A stretch of DNA of 64,000 nucleotides. It comes from Erysipelotrichaceae bacterium UBA4808 (GTDB taxonomy: Bacteria; Bacillota_I; Bacilli_A; Erysipelotrichales; Erysipelotrichaceae). Shown here one piece after another: positions 37,239 to 46,125 of this stretch. The number at the start of each line of letters is the position of its first letter. Position 1 is the stretch's first letter. The notes beneath the pieces are model-generated. The model ran no database searches, was not told where the DNA came from, and saw only the letters and a list, made by a program, of their open reading frames with translations. The stretch spans positions 10,972-74,971 of the forward strand of contig DHGC01000054.1 of NCBI GenBank assembly GCA_002402585.1, given 5' to 3'. The translations under genes were made by a program, and so were the position numbers.

Positions 37239-38275
37239 TAAATAAGTGCCTTTCTTTGCATGACTTGATCGAAATAAACTGCTTTGATTTCAATCCATTC
37301 GAACTCCCCTACACAATAGAACCATCCCAACTGTTTGAACACAATATCAAAGATTGGTTGGTCCTGAATGATTCGTCTTGCTTTGATTGCATAAAGATCA
37401 TTTGCCTCATGCTTCGCACAATAGGCCTCCAAACGATCAAACTTCGTCCGATGGATTGGATACTGATCTGAGAAGTAAAGTGTGATAGAAGCCTTTTCTT
37501 TAGGTTTAACACTCACAATTCCCACATTGGGTAAAACAAACGACTGCGCCGAATCCAATTGATAGGTCTTCGGTTTGAACGCCTTACGAATCTGAACTTT
37601 TTCCAATTCATCAAACGGAAACAAATCCGTAAAACTATGTTCGATTTTGATGCCTGGTGTATCAAAAATAATTCCCTGTGCCCATTCGATCTGATTGATT
37701 TCCAGGGTTGTATGCGGATATGGAGAAATGGTCAGATAATCATCCTTTTCCAACATCGCATTGATCAACGTGCTCTTACCCATGTTCGCATACCCTAGAG
37801 TAATCAAACGTTTGATCTTAAGCTTCTTAATTTCTTGGACAAGCGCTTTTGCCCCCACTTTAGCTTGATGTGAAGTCGTCGCCACCCCAAGCACATTGAT
37901 TGGCACATCGCGTAGCTTACTCATTAGATAACCTACGATCCGCTGTTTCGTCACCGTCTTTGGCAACAAATCAAATTTTGTCAAAACGATGATGAAATCA
38001 CGATTCATACAATGTCTTTGGATACCTGTAAACAAACCACTATCAATGTCCGTCACATCAATAACCAGCAAAATGGTTCCTTCAAGTTTCGCAATCGCTT
38101 GAAAGACTTCATCTGAAGGGACACTATGTTTCTTTAACGGTGCGAAATCACCATAATGCTTGATACGATAACAACGCTGACAATACTGAGCATCTTCACG
38201 CGTCGTATACCCCAATGCCTTGGGATCACTTATTTGAAGTTTGATGCCACAACCGACACAACTATGTTTTTCCAT
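37238..38275 (-). CDS. yqeH: ribosome biogenesis GTPase YqeH
   Basis: It has an N-terminal zinc ribbon (CVGCGIKLQ...CQRCYRIKHYG) and a circularly permuted GTPase (TKFDLL ... GYANMGKSTLIN ... DTPG). The start is the ATG at 38275. Confidence 0.85.
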   Translation of the reverse strand: MEKHSCVGCGIKLQISDPKALGYTTREDAQYCQRCYRIKHYGDFAPLKKHSVPSDEVFQAIAKLEGTILLVIDVTDIDSGLFTGIQRHCMNRDFIIVLTKFDLLPKTVTKQRIVGYLMSKLRDVPINVLGVATTSHQAKVGAKALVQEIKKLKIKRLITLGYANMGKSTLINAMLEKDDYLTISPYPHTTLEINQIEWAQGIIFDTPGIKIEHSFTDLFPFDELEKVQIRKAFKPKTYQLDSAQSFVLPNVGIVSVKPKEKASITLYFSDQYPIHRTKFDRLEAYCAKHEANDLYAIKARRIIQDQPIFDIVFKQLGWFYCVGEFEWIEIKAVYFDQVMQRKALI

Positions 38276-38276
38276 A

Positions 38277-38756
38277 TTAACCAATTACTTTCTTTTCAAT
38301 AAAGCGCAAGATGCGCGTAGACAAATATTCATTCGAACTTAAAGGTTCGATCAAAATCGTATGAAACCCTAAACGTTTTCCCAACCATATATCCGTAAAT
38401 AACTGATCGCCCAACCAAACACCCTTCTGATAACGGATTCTCATTTGATTCAATTTCCATTGGAAACGAAACTTAAAGGGTTTAAGCGCAAGATTCAAGC
38501 AATCAAAATGATAGGCTTCAGCAATTGTTTTAGCCGCACGCGTCGGATTGTTTGAACAAATCAAGACATGCACATCAAGCTCACTCAAGGTTCTTAACCA
38601 TCGATCCGTTTCAAGATCAATCTGAATCGTACCTTTGATTGCTAATGTATTATCCACATCTAAGACAACCAAGTCAAATTGCTTCACTAAATCGACTAAA
38701 TCGATCTCATGAATCCTTTTTTTGATCGCATCCGGCTTGAAGTAGTCTTTTAGCAT
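38277..38756 (-). CDS. yqeG: YqeG-family HAD phosphatase
   Basis: It has MLKDYFKPD..., VVLDVDNTL and GDQLFTDI. It is the first gene of the yqeG-type operon. The start is the ATG at 38756. Confidence 0.8.
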   Translation of the reverse strand: MLKDYFKPDAIKKRIHEIDLVDLVKQFDLVVLDVDNTLAIKGTIQIDLETDRWLRTLSELDVHVLICSNNPTRAAKTIAEAYHFDCLNLALKPFKFRFQWKLNQMRIRYQKGVWLGDQLFTDIWLGKRLGFHTILIEPLSSNEYLSTRILRFIEKKVIG

Positions 38757-38832
38757 AGAATCATTATAACATTGCATCGATTTATGGTGTAAATCAATAC
38801 CATTTATTCCTGATTTATGGCAAAATACTTTC

Positions 38833-39483
38833 ATGACGACAAAAAAAACACTGGTAATTACCCTTGACGACTTTATCTTTGAGCATTACAAAATCAAGCA
38901 GAACATCTGGAAAAACATCGCCAAAGAGCATAAACTTAAATTAACCGAAACCTTCTTAATGGGACACTATGATGCACACCTCGAAAAACGTGAGAAGCTC
39001 GAGCGTGAGTATCGTTTAATCGCACCTTTTGTCAGCGAAGTTGAAGCACGTTATCAAAAAGTCGTGTCAAGTACACTCTTAGAACCGGCGATTAAGTTAG
39101 ACCATCTCGACAAACTCAATCAATGGGCAAATGATTTTGATTTGTATTTCATAACAAATCATCGTATTGAGCAAATCAAGAATTTACTTGAAAAAGCAAA
39201 GATCGAACTCAATTTTGATCACATCTACAGTACAAAGCAAGTGCTTAATGCCAAACCTGAAGCAGATATCTATTTGAAACTAGCACGTTTGCAAAACATC
39301 AAACCAAATACGATGATCATTCTGGATGCGACGCTCAATGGCGTTCAAGCTTCATACCTCGCAAATGCGAAAGGGCTATTTCTAGCCCAATACATGCGTC
39401 CAAATCAAGCCATTAAAGATTTTGCGTTTGCTTACTTCAATACGCTTGACGATGTGGATGCTTATTTAAAAGAATTACTCTAA
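38833..39483 (+). CDS. HAD-like hydrolase family protein with degenerate motif I
   Basis: It has HAD-like length and layout. The N-terminal block is LVITLDDFIF rather than DxDxT, and the late block is ILDATLNGVQA. Its 3' end overlaps the convergent parC 3' end by 9 nt. Confidence 0.4.
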   Translation: MTTKKTLVITLDDFIFEHYKIKQNIWKNIAKEHKLKLTETFLMGHYDAHLEKREKLEREYRLIAPFVSEVEARYQKVVSSTLLEPAIKLDHLDKLNQWANDFDLYFITNHRIEQIKNLLEKAKIELNFDHIYSTKQVLNAKPEADIYLKLARLQNIKPNTMIILDATLNGVQASYLANAKGLFLAQYMRPNQAIKDFAFAYFNTLDDVDAYLKELL

Positions 39484-41973
39484 ATCAAAATGGATGAACT
39501 CAACTTCATGATGTTCCTCCACCTTAGGATCCTCAGTAACTTGAGGATCTTTTACTTCAGGTTTGAAATCAACGATACGCACATCTTCAATGCGCTTAAC
39601 GATATAGAAATCCTTGACATCACTCACTTGACTGAACGTCTGGGTTTTATCCATCAAACTGATGTCTTTGGCTTGAATCCAACACTTATCATCATGTGTG
39701 ATGCGAATGTCATCATAGACCTGAGCTGCCTGAACGTAACTAAGGGTTTGTGGATTCGACTTAACTTTCTTAGCGATCAATTCCCCTTTTGCAGGTCGAT
39801 TGAACGACGTGATCTCACTTGTTTTAATGCGCTTCATCAAACCACTGTCACATACAAAGACAAGATTGTTTTGATTGGATAGTGCACAAGCATATGCAAC
39901 CTTATCGTGTGCTTGTAAATTCATAGCTTTGACGCCCTTCGCTTTTGGTTGCGATGTTGGAACCATGTCAATGCGATAGCGGACACAATAGCCTTCTTGG
40001 GATAGCAACACCAATTCTTCATCCCTATAGGCAACAAAATTTGCCACAACCTTATCCCCTTTAGACAAAACCATCGCATCATAGGTCTTCGAGAGTCTTG
40101 AGACCAGATAATCTTTAATCAGAGTACGTTTGATGTTGCCATTTTGTGAAACCGTGACAACATACGCTTCCGTCTCAAAACTTTTAACCAAATGCGCAGA
40201 AATGAGTTTGGTATGATCATCCGCTTTCAAGTAATGACCATAATGATTCCCTAAATCCTTCCATTTGCTCTCTTCAAGTGTATGCAAAGGAAGCAAAGCA
40301 TAGGTGCCTAAATCATTAACCAACAACAAATGATCATACGTCTCCGCTTCAATGACACCGATCAATTCATCTTTGTCTTTCAGAGCTGGAAGCACGCCTT
40401 CACTGGATTGATATGACCGAATGGACACGCGTTTGATATAACCATCGCGACTTACCGTCACAACTGTTTTCTCATTGGTGATCATGCTCATCTTATCAAT
40501 GACGATTTCTTCTACTTCAGCTTCGATTTTAGAGCGACGTGGTGTATCAAAACGTTTCAAAATTTCTTGAAATTCTTTTAAGATGACATTCCTTAACAAG
40601 CTCTCATTCTCAATGATGCCTTTTAAGCGTTGCATTTCAACACTCAATTCAGCCAATTCATTTTTGAGCTCAAGAATGTCTGTATTTGTCAAACGATACA
40701 AACGTAAACTAACGATGGCTTCAGACTGGGCTTCCGTAAAGCTGAAACGCGTAATAAGATTGCTCTTCGCATCGGCTTTGTCTTTGGATGAGCGAATGAT
40801 CATGATGACTTCATCCAAAACCGATATCGCCTTAACCAAACCTTCTAAGATATGCATGCGCTTTTCAATTTCAGCTAATTGGTACTTTGAGCGTCTCAAA
40901 ACGACTTCTTTTCTGAAATCAATGAACGCATCTAAAACAGTCATGACACCGCTTAAAACAGGCCTTTGTTTAATGATCGAGACCATGTTGTAGTTAAAAT
41001 AAATCTGACAATCGGTATTCTTATAGAGATAATTTAAAATCATCTGCGCATCATTCTCTTTACGTATATCCAGAACAATCCGTAGTCCTGTACGATCGGA
41101 TTCATCACGGACATCTAAAATACCATCGATGCTCTTATTGATGCGAATATCATCCATCTTTTTAACAAGATTACTTTTAATGACTTCAAAAGGTATTTCA
41201 CTGATTACGATCTGCTGAATGTTTTTAACTTGAACGATTTCGGCTTTCGCACGAATGACGACTCTTCCCTTACCCGTCTCAAAGGCATCCATGATCCCCT
41301 TACGGCCTTGCACGATTCCACCGGTAGGAAAATCCGGACCCAACATGATGCCTGCAATTTCTTTGATTGTCGCTTCAGGATGATTCAAACGATACATGCT
41401 CGCTTCCACAACCTCGCGTAGATTGTGAGGTGGAATGTTTGTCGCATACCCTGCCGCGATCCCACTGGTCCCATTGACCAAAAGCTCTGGTACCAATGCT
41501 GGTAGAACAGAAGGCTCTAAGGTCGTATCATCAAAGTTCGAAGTGAAATTTACAGTGTCTTGATCGATATCTTTAAGCAAAGCTTGCCCAAACGGAGCCA
41601 AACGTGCTTCGGTATAACGCATTGCAGCGGCTGGATCGTCATCAATTGAACCGTTGTTTCCTTGCATGTCCACCAAAGGCAGATTCATCTTCCACGTTTG
41701 ACTTAAACGAACCATGGCCTCATAGACACTGGAGTCTCCATGGGGATGGAAGTTACCAATGACTAAACCCACTGTTTTGGCGGATTTACGATACGGTTTA
41801 TCCGTCGTATTCCCATCACTGTACATCGCGTATAAGATACGACGTTGGACAGGCTTCAAACCATCTCGCACATCCGGTAGTGCACGTTCTTGGATGATGT
41901 ATTTTGAATAACGTCCAAAACGATCGGACATGATTGTTTCAAGCGAATTTTGATTTAAATCTAACTTATCCAT
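39475..41973 (-). CDS. parC: DNA topoisomerase IV subunit A
   Basis: It has the type IIA A-subunit core (RALPDVRDGLKPVQRRILYAM, catalytic-Tyr region AAMRYTEARL). I call it ParC rather than GyrA because of the conserved plsY / parE-parC neighbourhood. The ATG at 41973 overlaps the parE end by 8 nt. Confidence 0.78.
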   Translation of the reverse strand: MDKLDLNQNSLETIMSDRFGRYSKYIIQERALPDVRDGLKPVQRRILYAMYSDGNTTDKPYRKSAKTVGLVIGNFHPHGDSSVYEAMVRLSQTWKMNLPLVDMQGNNGSIDDDPAAAMRYTEARLAPFGQALLKDIDQDTVNFTSNFDDTTLEPSVLPALVPELLVNGTSGIAAGYATNIPPHNLREVVEASMYRLNHPEATIKEIAGIMLGPDFPTGGIVQGRKGIMDAFETGKGRVVIRAKAEIVQVKNIQQIVISEIPFEVIKSNLVKKMDDIRINKSIDGILDVRDESDRTGLRIVLDIRKENDAQMILNYLYKNTDCQIYFNYNMVSIIKQRPVLSGVMTVLDAFIDFRKEVVLRRSKYQLAEIEKRMHILEGLVKAISVLDEVIMIIRSSKDKADAKSNLITRFSFTEAQSEAIVSLRLYRLTNTDILELKNELAELSVEMQRLKGIIENESLLRNVILKEFQEILKRFDTPRRSKIEAEVEEIVIDKMSMITNEKTVVTVSRDGYIKRVSIRSYQSSEGVLPALKDKDELIGVIEAETYDHLLLVNDLGTYALLPLHTLEESKWKDLGNHYGHYLKADDHTKLISAHLVKSFETEAYVVTVSQNGNIKRTLIKDYLVSRLSKTYDAMVLSKGDKVVANFVAYRDEELVLLSQEGYCVRYRIDMVPTSQPKAKGVKAMNLQAHDKVAYACALSNQNNLVFVCDSGLMKRIKTSEITSFNRPAKGELIAKKVKSNPQTLSYVQAAQVYDDIRITHDDKCWIQAKDISLMDKTQTFSQVSDVKDFYIVKRIEDVRIVDFKPEVKDPQVTEDPKVEEHHEVEFIHFDLE

Positions 41974-43894
41974 TCTTTGCCGTCTCCTTTGCGAAATCAT
42001 CCTCTAGAGTAAAGGAAACATGTTTCTCAATCCAATCCCGTCTGAGATCCGCCTTATCCCCCATTAAAACTGAAACGACACGTTGTGCGATCAAAGCATC
42101 CCCAAGATTCAATTGAATCAAAGTACGGTGTGCCGGATCCATGGTCGTCTCCCATAATTGTGAAGCGTTCATCTCACCCAAGCCTTTATAACGTTGAATT
42201 TCAACCTTACCCCACTCTTGCATCAATGCTTTGAGTTCCTCATCCGTATATAGATACTTGAATTGCTTACCCTTTGAAACGCGATACAGGGGGGGTTGAG
42301 CAAGATAAACATGCCCATGCTCTATCAAAGGCCGCATGTATCGATAAAAGAATGTGAGTAGTAAAACTTGAATGTGTGCCCCATCCGTATCGGCATCGGT
42401 CATGATGATGACTTTATTGTAGTTGATGTCCTTGATGTCGAATTCACTGCCCACCCCCGCACCTAAAGCATGGATGATTGTGTTCAGTTCTTCATTTTTC
42501 TCAATATCCGCAACACTTGCTTTCTCTGTATTCAAAACCTTTCCTCGTAATGGCAAGATGGCTTGAATCTTACTGTCACGTCCTTGTTTGGCACTTCCAC
42601 CCGCAGAATCCCCTTCCACGAGAAACAGTTCTGCTTTACGCACATCTTTCGATTGTGCAGGCGCTAATTTACCAGAAAGCAAGCGTTCACTCTTACCGTT
42701 CTTCTTTCCCTTACGGGCATCTTCACGCGCACGACGAGCTGCTTCACGAACTGTTGAAGCTTTTTGAATCTTTTTAAGAATCGCATTCGCCAACTCACGA
42801 TGTTCTTCGAGATAATATGTCAGTTGTTCCTGAACAATGGCTTCCATAGCGGATCGTGCTTCATTGGTGCCCAATTTCCCTTTGGTTTGTCCTTCAAATT
42901 GAAGCAGATTCTCAGGAATGCTTACAGAGATAACCGACGTACAGCCTTCTCTGACATCATTGCCTTCAAAATTCTTATCTTTATCTTTTAATACACCAAT
43001 CTTACGTGCAAAATCATTCATGACCTTCGTCAATGCTGACTTGTACCCAACTTCATGGGTTCCACCATCAACGGTTCGAACCAAGTTGACAAACGAATAC
43101 GTATTTTCTTGATAATCATCGGTGTATTGCAAAGCACACTGAACAGAGATCTCTCCGACATTGCCTTCAAACGAAACCGGTTCATGCATCGCTGTCCGAT
43201 CTTCATTTAAGAATTCAATGAAGTTGATCAAACCATTACTGTATTGAAAAACATCCACTTGACCGTTACGTTCATCTTTGACTGTAAGCTTGATGCCCTT
43301 TAAAAGAAAAGCACTTTCTTGAGCACGCTCACGAATCAATTCCGCATCAAAATCAATCTTGCCAAAGATTTTTTCATCCGGCTTGAACGTAACCGTACTT
43401 CCTGTTTTATTGGTTTTCCCCAATGTCTCAAGCGCAGAAACCTTTGATCCACCTTTACTAAAAACCATACGATGGATTGAACCTTGGTAGTGTACTACAA
43501 CTTCCATCCATTCACTCAAAGCATTGACCACACTCGCCCCAACACCGTGTAAACCACCCGAACGTTTATATCCACCTTCCGTTGAAAACTTTCCCCCTGC
43601 ATGGAGAACCGTGAATATGACTTGTAAAGTAGAAACCCCTGAGGCATGTTTACCAACAGGCATCCCACGACCTTCATCTTCGATTTTAATTGTATTGTCT
43701 TTACCAATGGTGATGACGATGTGTTTGCCAAAACCATTCATTGCTTCATCAATCGCATTATCGAGAATTTCCCATACACAATGATGTAAGCCACGACTAT
43801 CGGTCGATCCGATGTACATCCCTGGACGTTTGCGAACAGCATCCAAACCTTCTAATATTTGAATACTTTGCTCATCGTATTGTCTTGTTGCCAT
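41966..43894 (-). CDS. parE: DNA topoisomerase IV subunit B
   Basis: It has a GHKL ATPase and Toprim domain (LEGLDAVRKRPGMYIGST, EGDSAGGSAKQGRD, PLRGKVLN). It is 642 aa and divergent from plsY. Confidence 0.78.
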   Translation of the reverse strand: MATRQYDEQSIQILEGLDAVRKRPGMYIGSTDSRGLHHCVWEILDNAIDEAMNGFGKHIVITIGKDNTIKIEDEGRGMPVGKHASGVSTLQVIFTVLHAGGKFSTEGGYKRSGGLHGVGASVVNALSEWMEVVVHYQGSIHRMVFSKGGSKVSALETLGKTNKTGSTVTFKPDEKIFGKIDFDAELIRERAQESAFLLKGIKLTVKDERNGQVDVFQYSNGLINFIEFLNEDRTAMHEPVSFEGNVGEISVQCALQYTDDYQENTYSFVNLVRTVDGGTHEVGYKSALTKVMNDFARKIGVLKDKDKNFEGNDVREGCTSVISVSIPENLLQFEGQTKGKLGTNEARSAMEAIVQEQLTYYLEEHRELANAILKKIQKASTVREAARRAREDARKGKKNGKSERLLSGKLAPAQSKDVRKAELFLVEGDSAGGSAKQGRDSKIQAILPLRGKVLNTEKASVADIEKNEELNTIIHALGAGVGSEFDIKDINYNKVIIMTDADTDGAHIQVLLLTFFYRYMRPLIEHGHVYLAQPPLYRVSKGKQFKYLYTDEELKALMQEWGKVEIQRYKGLGEMNASQLWETTMDPAHRTLIQLNLGDALIAQRVVSVLMGDKADLRRDWIEKHVSFTLEDDFAKETAKNG

Positions 43895-43995
43895 AAAAAC
43901 TCCTATCTACCCATCTATTATACAATATCAACGTTTTTTTTAAATGACTGATGTGCTGTGATTTGCTATAATGAGTACGTAAAGAGAGGTAAATT

Positions 43996-44607
43996 ATGAT
44001 TGATCCTAAACTAATTTTGGCAATCGTTTTTGGTTATTTGTTTGGGTCCATTCCTTTTGCACTAATTATCGGTAAGGTCTTCTATAAAACCGATATTCGA
44101 ACAAAAGGAAGCGGAAATCTTGGTGGGACGAACGCTGGTCGTGTCTTGGGTAAGAAAGCAGGCTTCAGTGTCACTGTATTCGATATACTTAAAGCTACCC
44201 TTGTAATCTTGATTGTCTATCAATTTGCTCCCCAGTATGCAGCACTCGCAGGCGTCTTTGCGGCAATTGGACATGTTTATCCTATTTTTGCCCAGTTCAA
44301 GGGTGGTAAAGCCGTATCCACTGCAGCAGGTTATTTATTAGGGGCAGCCATCATCGTCAATCAAGTGATTCTGTTGTTCGTTGTCCCTGCATCGCTGTTC
44401 TTCATTATCTTGAAATTGACAAAGTATGCTTCCCTTGCTTCAATGGTAGCCACAACGATTTCCATCTTCATCGCATATTTTGCGACAGGTGGGGATTGGA
44501 TATTCACACTCAACTTCATTTTGATCGCCATCTTGATTTTCTATCGTCATCGAGCCAACATCAAACGTCTCTTGAATGGCACAGAAACAAAAGTAACTTG
44601 GATATAA
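43996..44607 (+). CDS. plsY: glycerol-3-phosphate acyltransferase PlsY
   Basis: It has GSGNLGGTNAGRVLGKK and a polytopic membrane profile. TGcTATAAT lies at 43964-43972 and an AGAGAGGT SD precedes the ATG. Confidence 0.9.
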   Translation: MIDPKLILAIVFGYLFGSIPFALIIGKVFYKTDIRTKGSGNLGGTNAGRVLGKKAGFSVTVFDILKATLVILIVYQFAPQYAALAGVFAAIGHVYPIFAQFKGGKAVSTAAGYLLGAAIIVNQVILLFVVPASLFFIILKLTKYASLASMVATTISIFIAYFATGGDWIFTLNFILIAILIFYRHRANIKRLLNGTETKVTWI

Positions 44608-44630
44608 AAAAAGGACCGGTGTCCTTTTTT
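44606..44630. terminator. bidirectional intrinsic terminator between plsY and yneF
   Basis: AAAAAAGGAC-cggt-GTCCTTTTTT. Confidence 0.7.
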
Positions 44631-44844
44631 ATTGATACTGATTCATGGATTTCATGATTTGTTTGATTTGCGCCTCGGACGGTTTGCGTCCCATCTGCAT
44701 GTACATCGCACGAATCATTTTCTCATTGATTGGAGGATTGTCTTTCAGTTGTTTTAAAAATGTTTTACGCGTGAAATAGAAGCCTAAACCACCACCAATA
44801 AGAATCCCAAATATCAAGCTTAAAATCGAAGTTAAGAATTCCAT
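44629..44844 (-). CDS. yneF: UPF0154 small membrane protein YneF
   Basis: It is 71 aa with one TM helix (ILSLIFGILIGGGLGFYF), followed by the conserved KQLKDNPPINEKMIRAMYMQMGRKPSEAQI. Confidence 0.8.
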   Translation of the reverse strand: MEFLTSILSLIFGILIGGGLGFYFTRKTFLKQLKDNPPINEKMIRAMYMQMGRKPSEAQIKQIMKSMNQYQ

Positions 44845-44867
44845 AATTTAACCATCCTTACTGGTAT

Positions 44868-44896
44868 AGAATACCTTTTTTTTCACGATAATTCAA
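44868..44896 (-). promoter_or_regulatory. candidate sigma-A promoter for yneF (TTGAAT-17-TATTCT) overlapped by the palindrome GGTATAGAATACC
   Basis: On the minus strand, TTGAAT is at 44896-44891 and TATTCT at 44873-44868, with an AAGGATGG SD before the ATG. The inverted repeat GGTAT-n3-ATACC spans 44863-44875. Confidence 0.3.
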
Positions 44897-45087
44897 GACT
44901 ATCCGTAAATAGTATAGGATATCCCATACCAGCAAGCATCGGTTACTGTTTAAATTTTGAAACTCTTATTAGGTCTTCCTCTGGCCGAGGAAGGTTTACC
45001 TCCTTCGCTTATATTTTATCAAATCGATTTGAGTACACTTATCGTTGATCAAATTCATGAATAAAACAGTATGTCATAAAGTTTTTT

Positions 45088-46125
45088 TCAAATAATTGCG
45101 GCATTCCAATTGATAAAATCTTTCATTTGATCGGTCCGTTTGATCTTGGGTAATGCATTTCTGAAAATTATTCTTGTAAATATATGTGGTGATGGTTCAA
45201 AAACCAAGAAATTCTGATATAAGTAACGCACATCATTATGGTTATACTTAGAGTCTGACAAAATACGATCGATTAATTTCTTAAATTGTCTGTTAGAAGT
45301 TCTAAATCGATTCATTAAATATTCGAGATCTTCTTTGGTATATTTTTTACCTTGAATAGGATCGAACTTTTTCAATTCATTGAACGCTAAGATTATCTTG
45401 TTAAGAAAGCTCGTATTGTTTATTGGATTGCTATAGTTTGAATTGTTTTTCACAAGATTGAACAATTGGATACGGTCAAAATTCTGAAAAGCAGTCAAAT
45501 GATTATTGTTTAAAACTTTCATACTAACCAAATTTGAAACATCCTTACTAGAAACCCACAATGATGGATTAAAATAGACAGAACATACAAAATAGTAGAG
45601 AAGCACTTGTTGAATTTTTGGATTTAAGCAATCAAATATTTCGAATAAATGATGAAATTGACGCAGTTCTAACGATACTCCAGTTTCAAACCAATTCAAG
45701 ATGCTAGTAATTGCAATCAGGTCCAGCTCCCATAAACAATCTTGTCTGATGTTTAAAGAATGCTTTGTAATTTCATCTTGAATTCGAGATATATCTTCAC
45801 AAGCGCTAAAAAAAAGATCGACTATGAGCTGACATAGATAATCTTGCGTCTTATTATTAGATTCACGATATATGAAACATGCATTCAATTTATTTAGAAG
45901 ATAATTGTATACTTCTACTTTTGCGATGACTTCGTTGTTCTCGAGTCTTGATAAGTAGCTTGGAGAACATATCTGATGACCATATACTAGATAATAATCA
46001 TCATTTGGATCTATTTTCACAAATTCACTTTGCTTGAATTTGCCACCATCTTTACCCTTCATTAACAGTCTGCGCGTATATTTTATGAAACTATTTATTC
46101 GTTGATAATACTCATTCATGTTCAT
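45088..46125 (-). CDS. hypothetical protein: N-terminal XRE-like HTH remnant plus long helical C-terminal region (Rgg/RRNPP-like architecture, tentative)
   Basis: It is 345 aa. The N-terminus is YYQRINSFIKYTRRL...QSEF...ICSPSYLSRLENNE, which matches an HTH recognition-helix pattern with an insertion. The gene is visibly more AT-rich than its neighbours. An AAAGGAGAG SD lies 8 nt before the ATG at 46125, inside the 3' end of the ABC gene (14-nt overlap). Confidence 0.4.
   Translation of the reverse strand: MNMNEYYQRINSFIKYTRRLLMKGKDGGKFKQSEFVKIDPNDDYYLVYGHQICSPSYLSRLENNEVIAKVEVYNYLLNKLNACFIYRESNNKTQDYLCQLIVDLFFSACEDISRIQDEITKHSLNIRQDCLWELDLIAITSILNWFETGVSLELRQFHHLFEIFDCLNPKIQQVLLYYFVCSVYFNPSLWVSSKDVSNLVSMKVLNNNHLTAFQNFDRIQLFNLVKNNSNYSNPINNTSFLNKIILAFNELKKFDPIQGKKYTKEDLEYLMNRFRTSNRQFKKLIDRILSDSKYNHNDVRYLYQNFLVFEPSPHIFTRIIFRNALPKIKRTDQMKDFINWNAAII

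Noticed and set aside
39490-40993. Antisense ORFs of 130 and 136 aa inside parC. Similar cases are a 121-aa ORF in ftsK (17503-17868), a 120-aa ORF in relA (53180-53542) and a 113-aa ORF in rnj (19232-19573).
   Set aside because: They are shadow ORFs opposite conserved genes, with no independent signals.
39475-43894. Calling the type IIA topoisomerase pair gyrB-gyrA.
   Set aside because: The divergent plsY neighbour and the absence of dnaA/dnaN/recF context favour parE-parC. This is a context argument rather than proof, so the confidence is below 0.8.
44960-45010. I considered whether the CUUCCU...AGGAAG / AAGGAGGU region is an SRP (4.5S/scRNA) domain IV or a fragment of the 16S rRNA 3' end.
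   Set aside because: The conserved SRP motif (GGAAGCAGC with a GNRA-capped symmetric loop) is absent. The ACCTCCTT match to the 16S anti-SD is only 8 nt with no flanking rRNA similarity.
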